NCBI GenBank assembly: GCA_002633005.1
Contig: NMRA01000642.1
Span: forward strand, 124,001-188,000
Source of the DNA: Phoronis australis
Taxonomy: Eukaryota > Animalia > Phoronida
Direction of reading: 5' to 3'
DNA length: 64,000 nt
In this document: piece by piece, positions 1 to 12,700 of the stretch
How positions within the stretch are numbered: the first letter of the stretch is position 1
Layout: every line of letters begins with the position of its first letter
The notes under the pieces: generated by a model
What the model saw: the letters and a program-made list of their open reading frames with translations, nothing else
The model's database searches: none
What the model was told of the DNA's origin: nothing
Position numbers and translations under genes: made by a program

Positions 1-442
1 ATCCGGCATCCTCAATCGTCGAGTCAGACTCGAAAATCGAACGCAGGTATTGTTGGCAAGTTTAGCAGCGTGAAGCCTACATCTACAGCTTTGCACCAAG
101 GCTAGTTTAAACAAAACTAAGAACGCCCGAATTTCGATACTGATTAAATCAAACGTTGCAAATTGGATTATAATATGGTGTACAATTTCACTGTTTATTG
201 CCTTGTGAAATTAAACTGATTTCAACCACTTTACTTACAAGGAAAGTACACCTGTAGCCGGTGTGCAATCATTTAGTTGATTTTTGGAACACAGAAGATG
301 GGGTTTCTGGAGGCACGGATGAAATCTATGGGGAAAAACTTGAATACACAGTACCTGTGTCCTGAAAATAACTACGCTTGTGTTACGCATACTGGTGGTA
401 GAAGTGTATGTTGAGTTTTGTCATGGTGTCTTTGGTCCAATG

Positions 443-448
443 TTTATT
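443..448 (-). terminator. Putative polyadenylation signal AATAAA
   Basis: tttatt on the + strand, 62 nt after the predicted stop of the GMC-hydrolase gene. Confidence 0.45.
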
Positions 449-510
449 AGAAGCATACATGTTTAATACCGGGGTGCGACCTATCTGATTTCCGGTGTTG
501 GCAATTACAG

Positions 511-794
511 TTATGGATACAATTCGCAAACCCAAATTTTAATTGATCTAGCTCGGCACACTTGCACGCACTTGTCAACTTCTGCATAATGCAGGCGTTT
601 TTTCCAAACAACCACTTGTTCATCGGGAATTTCGTTCTTCAGCATAATAGCAGCAATTTTTTGTTCAGTCGTAAGTTCCGCGCCTTCAAGGTCATTTGGT
701 TCCTGTGCCTGATCACTTAATTCAATCTGAAAGTCGGGATGGTCGGATAACTCCTTTCTGCTTGCCTCGATGATGACGTCCCAAGCAAGCTTCT
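511..794 (-). CDS. Probable terminal exon: unassigned C-terminal tail of about 94 aa
   Basis: Acceptor ctttacag, phase-1 match, open frame EKLAWDVIIEASRKEL...IKIWVCELYP-stop, AATAAA about 60 nt downstream. Confidence 0.65.
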
Positions 795-3700
795 CTGTAA
801 AGACGTTACGAATGATTTTCGAATTCAGTAAAATAATTATGTTCCTATAAAAAATTACGAATCCATCCTAATCCCCTTCAATTATCGGGAACGTGCAAAC
901 TTGGATGCAGCTGTTGTTCGAGGTCCCCGATTAATCAACATCCCAGTGTTTGTTAGGTAAACTTCCTTATTTGGAAAAAAGGTGAAAACACGGTTTTGCT
1001 TCCCTTTCGAGAGAAATAAGAAACAATAGCAGTGAATCTTGGCATTACACTTGCTCTTAGTTTCGGCACGTCTCGTCAGTCTTCGGGGTCTTACGGCTAT
1101 GGCTTAGTCAAAAAAAACCCACAGGATTCTGGTGCTCCCGCACTCACTTTCAAATTAATCAAATGTCTGTTTGTCTTGGACATTTGTGACAGAGTTCTTT
1201 AGACTGAGCATGTAACTTAAGTGGAGAAAAATCCACTTTCCGTCGCAAAAGCCAATTTTCGATTTAGACTTCCCCGGTTATTAAATTGACTTTGTCATTT
1301 AGTCAAAATAATTATGCGACTTCCGGAATTGGAAAGAATTGCCAGTTCGTTCCAGCTTGAGGGCTACCAAGTTTTCTCACATCAGTGCCTCATTTCTTCG
1401 CAGAGCGAAGTTTCGAGGAATAACGAACCGTCAATTCTTTTTAAGGCCAAAAATATATCAGTTTTAGAGTAGTACATGTACGTGGTCTAAAGCAAAATTT
1501 ACTTTCTTCAACGGAACCACAGTTTATTGCTTTATGTGTTTACCTAGCTAATGCTTAAGTCAAAGAATCTCATTTTGTGCACCTCCAAAAGAACTAAATC
1601 ATTCTACGCCTAAAAATAAGTAACGATTATCTGAACAATCAAATACTGCTAATTACAACATTCCTGATTACCTGTCACAGCTTGATCTTTCAAAGCCTTA
1701 TTCACAGTCGCAAAGGCCTGTTTGTAAACACTAATGTCTGCGTGCGCATATTTGTCGAGGAAAGATACTATGATTGGATAAATTTCTTTGTTGGCGTTCT
1801 TTCCAATCAGGGGGTCCAAGTGTCCGTATCCTTCGAGCAAATGGAATTCAAACTGGTCTTTGTGTTCCGGATGTGCGGCTTGCACGAGATCATGCATCAC
1901 CTACAGCAGGTTGAACAATACAAAGGAATGGTTGACGTAATCCGGGCACCTAGATTGAAGCATGTGTGTTCTGTCCAATCTAGAGTAACCGTTAAGCAAA
2001 TAAAGCAACAACCACTTTGAATCCAATTTCAATTTAGCGGGTATTCTACTAGCACAAGTTGTATACATTTACTGAGTTAAAATCTATCATAGGTTTGTAC
2101 AAATTTGGCTTAATATACAGACATAACATTAGCTGTTTTCATTGACGTTTCTTCGAGCTGGCCACTCAAACTATTTCTGTCGTAGGCTACCCAAGGCAAG
2201 AACTGTGGTATTACTACGCACAACTTCGCCCTCAATCAGCAGAGCATGTCACGAGTTGAAAAAAATCAACAAAACCACGAAGGCAACAGGAAGATGGTGC
2301 TTGAGAGCGCATTTTTGAATTGAACGCCTACCTTCAAGTTGTCTGGAGCTTTAAAAACACCATTCTTCTCACTCATTAGAAGGACCATAGGAATGTCAAG
2401 CCTGTCCAACCACTCCCTTGCGTCACGTGATGACAACATCTTGTCCGTGTCTTCTGAGTACCCAGGCATGTATAAATCGTCTTCTCCTTCTTTGAATCCC
2501 ACAAGACGTCCCTGCCCTAGTGACCTAAAACACAGTATTTGGTGTCGTACTCAAGATGCTGCATGGATGTTCAATCATATATTGAGCGCCGTCAGTTTCT
2601 ATGTTCCATTATTGACTCATCTTGACCACATTTAGTAATATCAACAAAAAAGTATAAAGAAGTATTACGCGGTTCATTTTGCTCTTGATAATTTTAAATT
2701 AATGTATGGTATTTAGGAAAAAGATTTATTGACTTTCTGTAATGATTTGACTCTCGTGTGATGTGAACGGAAATGACCCATGACTGTGTTCCGTTTTATA
2801 CAACTTACTTCAAGATATGTGCAAACGTCATCAACGAGCCTGCTCCAAACATCTCATGAAGTGACCGGTGGGTGTCGTTGTTCATCTGATTGTGTTCCCA
2901 TAGCAACCCGTAAACTAGAGTCAGCTTGTGGCACACACTATTCTTGCAAATGTTGTAATCTGCTGAAGTCGTGTCGGCAACCACTGGAAGAGAAATACGT
3001 ACTACGTTAGGCAACGTCATCAATGATATTCCTGAATTTGAAATTTGATGAAGCCGTATTCGCAATCTCATGAACTGACTGTGCTACATGTCGTCATAAA
3101 GTGGGTATTAAGCCATCCCAGTTGCTGTCGCATAGTAGGCTTTAGTAGGGACGAGCAGACGACTGCTACATGTATGGGCGTACATGTAGGGACGGGACAC
3201 ACAAAGAATTCATAAAAAAAGCCTTTTCAGACCGATCCAATTAAGATATGATTGATAGCTTAAAACCGGAAAATACCTGTGCGTGATTATTTCACCTTAG
3301 GCAACCAACTAGACCTAGTGTTAGTTCTAACTCACAACAGTCGGCGCAAAGTGTTTTAGTTTTTGACATGTAACACCTGGAGTAGTTTTCAAAATAATTC
3401 ATTGAATAACTGTTTGAGCGTAGACATGGACATAGACAACAGCAACACAAAAATTCAACATCAGTGTATTGGTTCCAGTTCTTCGAACACACGACTTTAA
3501 AGTAAATAAAAGCATGCGCACATCACGTGTGCAAGTATTCTATATACCAGTATCCGGTTGCATGAAACGGTCCCTAATTAGGGCCTTAACCAAGTTCCCA
3601 AACTAGTTAGGGAAGTCTCTATAAGGATTTAGTTTAAGGACTGTTACACGAAGTTGTCCTACACTCTGTCCTTATTGGGAGCTCCCTAAATCCGAAAAAA

Positions 3701-6700
3701 GTTCCCAATGCCAAACACTCACGATGATCACCGTGGCTAAGGTCGCTTAACCTGGTGAAAATCATTATGAACGAGAGCATACCTGTTGCATTTAAGTCCT
3801 CTGTTCCACCTTTTAAATGGTTGTTCGAGTAGGGCGCACAGTCAACGTACGTTATCTGGGAATTCGAGTTTTATACTGCTGTTTAGAGAGCAGGCAATAC
3901 ATTTTGGCCGCCCATGTTAATGTAAAAAATTATTACGTCGTGGCAAACTGGTGAAAATACCAAAATCTCCGTAGGAGTCGCTGCCCTTCCCAACGCGCTG
4001 TTAAAGTTATCTGCTCGGGGAATTAAGTGAGACGTGGGGTAAGTCGTGGCACTACAGTAATCGTTAAACTCAGTTTACGATGGAACTATTACTTCAGTGG
4101 GTGAGATCACACCTTTGCTGTTCGACAACTCCAGCTTCTGTTCAAGTTCTCTGACTATCATGAATATCCCAGCTCTTAAAAACCTAAATCTTTCGTTTAG
4201 CTCACCGCCGCTAAACGTCTCGTGCGGGATAATTGTGTCACGGATAATTCTTTTTGTCAACGTCAACATTAGCCTTGGTACAAAGCTGTATATAAATATA
4301 CAGCTTTGCACCGATGTGGGTAAAATAGTGATAAGATAAAATTTGAAACGAAATTAGTGTCACTAAAAACTACAGTCTTCCATGAGTAAACTAAATTATT
4401 TAACTGTTTTGGAAAAAAGGCGTTCTACCGTTATTCTGGTGCTAAAGTTGTGGAGCGATCTTTAGCGACGACTTTCGACGACATGAAATATTGCGTCACC
4501 TATTATCCAGTTTCTTTTTTCGCCGATTCTTCTATCGACTGTTCTTCTTACGCGAGGTTGTGTACAAGTCACAACAAATTATCGGAACTGGTTTCACGTC
4601 ATTATAAGATTTTAGAATTTTGATACCGAAAAAACGAATTTCAGAAGAAATTTTGCTGCTGCCAAGCTATCGTCATCTCCCGAGGGATGTCGCAAAAATT
4701 TAGGAAATGGCACGATGCGTGACATGAGCGTACGACGACATACTTTTCATTGTTAGAAAAGTGGAGAGTTACGCAAGAAAATGACCTTGTTGCATTGTTT
4801 TTCACTTAAACGGTTGTAACGGGTAAGGTGAGTGTCGGTTGATTAGCAGATTTTGCATGCACCCCGTCCGGTTTTTAGATTTACATGTTGATGCACGTTT
4901 CGCGGCGCAGTGTCGACTAGAACTACCCTGGCTGTGCGCAATTTCGAGGTCTACGAAAGAAATACAAACAGTGGTACCTAGCTGTATTTTGATGACAGTG
5001 TTCATACAGCTAGCTGGCTGTCTACGCCAACATTAGCTTGATCCTCCATTTCATTGCTTGGGACTCAACGTAGAGACTTATTTTAGGTAACCCCAAAAGT
5101 TGAGTCCCTATTTAATGCTTAAACTAACTGAGAACATTTCATGCAACATTCCCTAAATTTTACGGACTACCCTAAGACTTAAGAACATTCCTAACATTTA
5201 GGAACTGTTTCATGCAACCGGGCAGAGAAATCTACCAGTCTTAGAAATAAGGTGAAAAGTCGTTTTTGCAGATCATAAAAATGTCGATTTTGCCAATTCA
5301 CAGATCGTTTCGAACAATCCTGCGTAAACGCATTCACCGATGGCAGCCATGTTTTTGTTACAAACAACAGACGTGAAAGTATATTTATATCCAGTACCCA
5401 CGTAACTTTACGAAAACGAAGTGCTCAATCAAACCTCTTATAGTTTTGAATCGAATCACCCATGTGCTTTTCAGCCATTATTTGGTTGCAGCAGTAAAGC
5501 TGCGTCTGCTGGAAGATTGTTGCAATAATTAACAACTTCGGACTTATGAGAATATTAACTAAAGTCTAGAGATTGGATGACTACGCTGCAGCCCTTCTTG
5601 CTATGTTTACTTTAGAACTAGAGATTAAATCTGACACAGGAAACAAAACATCAAACTAGTCCAACTCTGACAGTGGTTGAAGTCATGAGTATCAAAGGAA
5701 TCTATCCTGGGAACCTTTCTTCTCAAGGTGTTTACTAACGACATTTTCTAATTGGTGAACAATTCCTTTCCTGTAAATAACGACGACACCCTTCTCCGAC
5801 TAAATTGTTGATTAGGTCAATTGGTTGTTACATTGAAGTTAATCCTCAGCAATATTGGTGAATATTGTATGTAGCAAGGAAGGCTCGATTACTCTTTCGT
5901 AAGAAATGTGTCCGCGTAGCCGATGAAACAGGACGCACACATTTTCTAATTGTGTCCATAAACACAAAGTTCAGTAGCATTAGGACCTGCACTAGGACCT
6001 CGCTTAAACCTAGCCAAAATCACATGTTCTCATTTTAAACACACGGCCATATCTCACATAATCTCACGGATTCTTCAATTTTAGCGAGATCCTAGCGTTA
6101 CTGAACAGGTAACGGATAAGCATGCATTAGAAGTATTATACAAAGGCTCCATTGTACTTATGTGACCAGCTCAAATGTCTAGGAAGTTGCAATAGGCAAC
6201 TTTGAATGTTTGTCTCCTGAGTTCTGGTTTGCACAGTGTAGAGAAAAAGTTGTTATACAGTATATACCTTTAGAAATCTTCTGGTGTAGTCTATCCAGAA
6301 TACTAAGCTCGTCATCGTATGAATCGAGGGCTTCCACTCCAAATGTTTCAAACAAGCTCGCTACGTTCAGTTTGACTTTTAGCTGAAACGTAAGCATTAC
6401 CGGAAGAATGAAACACGATATTTCATGCATGAAAGTTCAGAGTAGTGTTGACGTGTACGCCTACTAGATTCATTGGATTTAAGCTACGCAATAACTGATA
6501 TGGTAATTTGCTTATGGTCCGGAGCCGTTTATAGTTTCCTTTATTTTACACTGACAGTCACAAAAACGGCCAGTTTTGATTAGTTCAGTCAAACGGCAAA
6601 TCATATACGCAAGGCAAAGATTCATACCTAGCAATATCACCGGGGTCAACTTTATCAACAGTTAAAGGTACCCATGCAGGTGGTTTGCCACCTTACCGTG

Positions 6701-9700
6701 TTAAGCGGACTGGGATGTGGGGTAATGCCAGCTTGCAGGCTAGCCACACAGCGTATCTTGCCGTCCAGATAGCCGAGCAATCGAGACATCCAAAACGAGG
6801 CGGCTCCCATACAGTGGCATAGGACCTAAATAGTCAGTAAAAAGTATTCGTGAAGTGATAGTTATGAGTACAAAATACATATCGATATCAGCCGATCTGA
6901 AACTGGCATGAATTGAACATGAATGTAGTCCATGAAATATCAGTGATATCAAAGATTTGGACAAGTTTCGATGACATTCTTTACAGATCGTCACACAATG
7001 GATGATAGAATGGGCACAAAGATGTATGGTGATCGCCAAAAATCATTTGTAGCTCGTTCCCCCAAGTGGGTGAGTAGACCCTGAAAAGTCCGACTCTCAG
7101 GTGCTATATCTCGTTATGTAATTATACATGAGCATTCATTGGTAGCTTGTTCCACCATGTGGACGAGAAGACCCTGTGGAGTTCGACTCTCAAGTGCCAT
7201 ATCAGATTACGTCACTACACTTTCTCTATAGTTCTCTGGATGCAACTGTCTCGGGTCATTTTATCCCATGAACATCAAGTGTCAATGGAATAACGGTGAC
7301 TGACATGTTGTTTGAGATTTTGTTTGATGTCACCTTATACATGTAGATTATTTATATTCTGGTATCCTGCGTAATGTTGGTGAACCATGGGTAATGTTGG
7401 ATATTCTGGGTAATGTTGCTAATCCATGGTAATGTAGGTGATCCTGGGTGACGTTGGTCAACCAAGGTAATATTGGTGAACCATGGTTATTCTGGTGAAC
7501 CATGTTAATGTTGGTGAACCAAGGTAGTGTTGGTAGTTCTGGGTAATGTTGCTGACCCTGGATATTGTTGGTAATCGTGGATAATATTGGTGATCCAGGC
7601 TGATGTTGGTGACTCTTGGTAATGTTGATACACCAAGGTAATGCTGGTCAACCAATGTATTATTTGTAAACCATGATAATGTTGATAAACCGAGGTAGTG
7701 TTGGTCAACCAAGGTAACATTGGGGAAACATTGCAATGCTGGTGAACCATGGTAATGTTGATAAACCAAGGTAATGTTGGTCAACCATCGTAATATTGGG
7801 GAACCATGGTAGTGCTGGTGAAAAATGGTAATATTGGTGAACCATGGTCATGTTGGTGATCCAAGGTATTATTGGTGGTTCTGCGCAATGTTGCTGGATA
7901 TTGTTGGTTATCATGGATAATATTGGTGATCCAGGGCGATGTTTATGATTCTGGGTAATGTTGATAAACCATGGTAATGCTTGTGAACCATGGTAATGTT
8001 GGTCAACCAAGATTGGCGATTCTCTGTAATGTTGTTTATCACGGGAATCGTTGGCCCTTAGTAATTTTGGTGAACCTGAGTAGTTTTGATGATGGGTAAT
8101 GTTGGTGATCTTGGATGAGGTGGGAAAACAAAATGATGAGACAAGGTAACAAAAGAAGGCATGGTTCAAAACAAATTGAGACGCAGTTATATACATCACT
8201 CCTGAGAGAAAAAGCCTGGTTTACCTCAAGATCCTTGTGGTTTGTTTCCTTCAGTACACTGTCAACAGCAGACGTTATATCGTACTTGGCCACGTCGTCC
8301 AGAGTAAATGGTTTATGAACATCGGGTCGATACGGCGCACCTTGACGTGTTGGGGATTGGGATCAATTTAGTGAAGCATCTTTTCTTTTGGATTTCACAA
8401 AAGTTCATAAAGTATACGTACATGCAATAGACAGGTCTATTTCAAAACGTTAGTAAAACTTGTCAAGCTTTGCAATGTACAATAAAGTGTTCATTCATAT
8501 ATCTCCCGATCAGAAGGCAGGTCGGGAGTCTTATTTGACGTCTGAAACGAATTCACACATGCCATGGAGGCTCGACAGACGTTTGATCTACCTTTTAATG
8601 AACAGCTCAAATCATTCAACACATTTGTCAGAAGTCATAACGTAACTAGGCTTCATTCCAATGACGTAACTTGACATTAAGGTCTGTTGGTTAATGGTAA
8701 TCGAACATGAATGGCCTGACCTTTACCATAGAAACAGTCGAGTGGAACTTGCACGTAAATTCCTTATCTCTGTGTTTGCTGGGTCAAATTAGAAAAACAA
8801 CATATAGCAATGATGTGAATACGAAGTACGTTGGAAATTGCCAAATGTTTTTAAAACGTACGTAAGACGACTGTTAACGCTTCTGGTCTAACTTCAGGTC
8901 TGCCTACTCCCGAATAATTTAGGTTTTAGCGAAAGAATTATATGGCATAGGTGAGTTTCTGCGTTGACCAGCACGGAGACCCCTAACATTGAGATGTTAG
9001 TGTGGTCTTCAACTAAAAGTGCACCAAAGTCAAATGTAGGTTAGGCCCCCCCAAAGTTGGTTTCTGCCTAACTTTGTAACAAATGCATGAAGACATCTGA
9101 AGGAAGGAAAAGCTCTAATTCAATAAAAGGATAAGATGAAAATAGTCACAATGCTTAGCATGCAATTCTCACTAACTTCTTTCACAGTCGGAACATTTTT
9201 TATTCGAAGTTGCTGAAAAGTGATTCCTTGAGGCAAAGAAACAATATTTTTGTTGCGTCTGTGAAAGTGCGAATTTAAAACTTAACGGTGTACAGCCATA
9301 CCAAATTGGACTTCTGAGACGCATATTAATTTTCTCCCGCTGAGGGATAACCTTCAATGCCTGAGGTGCTGACGCCAGCCAACGCCACTCGTTCCCGACC
9401 GCAGTTATCAAAACTCGGGTTACTCGTTATAGATTTTATACCAATTACGTGATTTTGAAAGTTTAAAGTCTCTAGAACTTGATTTTTGACTTTTTATCAG
9501 TCTGTTATAAATTGGGTCACGTGACCACGTCATTTCAATAAAATTTAGCAAACGACAAATGTACATCGATAGCAAAACAACCGTACCAATAAAATGATTG
9601 TATTGGATATATCTGTTCAAAGTGAGATGTCAAAAACGCCCTTATTTTTTTCAAAAGTATTAACATTGCTTTCGGTATTTTTCATGCAAATCATGAAACT

Positions 9701-12700
9701 CCTTTTCTATGACCCCTCGTGCAAAAGCGGAACACTTTAAAACATTTCCTAACAACAGTTTTTAGAACAGGACAGAAAATACAGCAAATACAGTACCATT
9801 ATATGCATCCCATCGGTCCTTACTAAGAAGTTAGCCAAATGTGCCAATTTTGTAGGGTCCTACATTACCTTAAGCCCTGTTGTTAAGATCGCTGTTCTTT
9901 TGTAATAAAGACTTACATCTCCAGTCCAGACACCAGACGTCATACTTCCGTTTCACAAGAAACTCCACCATGTTTTCAGAAACCGTGTCCAGCGTAAACA
10001 AGATCGAGTATGTCCCGTGGCCATGGAGTAGTAAAACTGGGCCTTTGCTGCCACCTGGTGGCAAAAATAACACGTCCTATGAAGTGGTTTTGGTAGTACT
10101 ATTGCAACTTGTTAAGCAGTAGAATATCCTACTAGATTTGGGAGTAGGAGAGACAAGGGAAGCTACATGTACAATTGTACAGGTAATGAGTAATTATAAA
10201 GGAGTAAGAGCAACTGTACAAGGCATACCGAATGCCTGTCGATCAGTTATATTCCAAATCCAATAGACACCGTTCAAAAACAACATCAGTCGCGATGCTT
10301 TGACGTTTTTTTTCAAAACACAGAAGTTGATGAGACAGTCAGTACCACTGAAACCAATGTCTCACCTTGGTATCGTATCAAGTTGTTGACAGTGTCGTCT
10401 TCTGTAAGTACCTGATAGACAACAGGCTGGGCTTGGTCAGGAAGATTCAACGGTCTTTTCAGTCTATTGTGAGACATAATCCTGCAGAAGACACCATAAA
10501 TTTGTGATTAATATAACGTTAACATTCCCCTGAAAAACAACAATCAAGCCCCATGAATTCAAGTGTACAGCGGATTAGTTTAAAATGAGTGATCACATTT
10601 TTTCCTGCTTGGAGCTCCATGGTTTCCTTTTCAAGTACAGTACTACTCAACACGAAGCAAGACACCATCATCTTGGTTGTTTTACATGACCTAGAGTGGC
10701 ATTGTCAGTAAAATTTCAGATACCATGAAGAATATTTCAACTACTACTCAAGAACACGCATTCAGATCATACATATACTGTACATGTAGAATTATAAACA
10801 CAGGCATAAGGCAAGGATGTAATTGAACGCCCAGCAATACATGTAACAACCCCAAAACGTCTACAAATGTAATGCCATCTAACGTGAACTGATCTCGCCT
10901 CTTTCTGCATGTGCGCCTCCAGTTTGTGGGTGAATGTACAAGGATACGATAATATTAATATGTTTTTCACGATTAATAAAACCAATCTGGTCACCTATCC
11001 CATGATTCGTTCAGACTCACATCTGACTGCTGGCGAATGGACTGTAAATGTTGTAAATCTCTCCCAAGAAAAGTTTGAAGAACTGAGCTTTAAGGCGAGC
11101 TTGATCTGGAAATCCACCTGTGGAGTTTGTGACTTCGAGAGTAGTGAGCGAGCTGAGAATTGAGGCAAAGGGCATCTTGAGTAAACCTTGCCCAATCTTG
11201 TCAGCCTCTACACAGATGAAAAACAAAAAGATGTGGACACATATGCATATGCTTCTAATCAAAGGTTGTTAGACAAAAATACGGCACGTGTTCATGTAAA
11301 TCTGCCTTTGAAAATTGTTGAAACGACAACCGAAATTGAATCCCATAACCAAGAGAGGTAGGTCGGTTTTCTTCGTACCATGATACGTTCTTACTACGAA
11401 ATGTCCTTTCTTTGATATCTATCGCCATTCTCTCCTACTGAGTGATTCCTTTCTTATGGTCAACTCTTAGGTAAAACTGTTGTGACGGTACAAAGTACAA
11501 AGAAACATTGTTTCTGAAGACAAACACTGAGTGAAAACAACACGAGCTCTGATACGTAAGGAAAGACACGCAACACATAATTTCCGGTAAAGAGCCGGTG
11601 TAAATCCTTGACTCTTGGGTGCGAAGAGAATTTACTAGGAATTTAAAACATTTTCAAATAGTGCCCCATGAGATATCAGGGAGTATTAAAACTGTTTCAA
11701 AGAACAATCTATGACGAAGAGAGACATTTATAAGAAATCATCAAGGTACTTTTGAAGATCATGCAATGAGGTACAAGATACATGTAAATTAATAAGGAAG
11801 TACTCAGACACCTAAATGATTTACGCCTTGGCGCAATCGAGGCAAGTCGAGTCTACACATGTACTTGGAACGACTAGCGACCTTGTACTTCAAATAACAT
11901 TTTCGTTGGGACAAATGTGCCGAATTATAGGAGAATTCATCCAATCGCCAAAAAGTGAATTCCATACCGTTCTGCTGATGGCCATTATAAATACTGTACG
12001 CCAGTGTAGTTGTATCAGTGTATCCAACTTCTAAACAACTATTATTCCGAATGTTCTTTTCCCCATAAAAGTAATACTGGTTCTTGCTGCCAGATGGCAG
12101 CAGCTGCAGTCGATACTTCATGAAGTGTTGATCAACAATGCTCTGCACTCCTGAGTCATTTACAAACAACTGCACTGAACCTAAAAGGTGAATTGAGTAA
12201 CAAGATTGAAATACACAAAGGCCTACTTCATATCAGGTTGGAGATTCGTTGTTCTATATATATAAGCTGGTATAAGCAGACGGCATGGTCAGTTTTGAAG
12301 ATAACAAGTACTTCAATATCACTGAATTTAATTATTTTTCAGATTAGAATTCCACAGTCTTGAGCGACACAAAGTTCATGGTGAGAAGTGCAAGGGAAGC
12401 AATCCAAATTTTATTTTCAAAGAAATCATCATGAAATGTTACGCAATTAAGCGCGAAATCACCCTTATGTTCGTTAAATACCTTTAGCTGTTAAGGGTCT
12501 CTTAGACAATTCAGGACATAACACTACACCGTCCACGAGGGCTTCGTGATTAGGGTCTTTATCAACGAAGTACATCAAATCTTTGTGTGACAAAGTCAGG
12601 TTGACCTCAAGGTCAGAGGTCGTGCTACTCTTGGTCATTTGGAAGATCCCTTTCATGGTCTCCTCAACTCTAAATCCCGGTGTCTTGCTTGTCTTCCAGT

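Noticed and set aside
7360-8110. CRISPR-like array
   Set aside because: No unique spacers, degenerate adjacent units, no cas genes, eukaryotic context.
7458-8199. Repetitive ORFs of 81-164 aa
   Set aside because: They are translations of the 20-bp minisatellite, overlap in several frames and have no splice fit.
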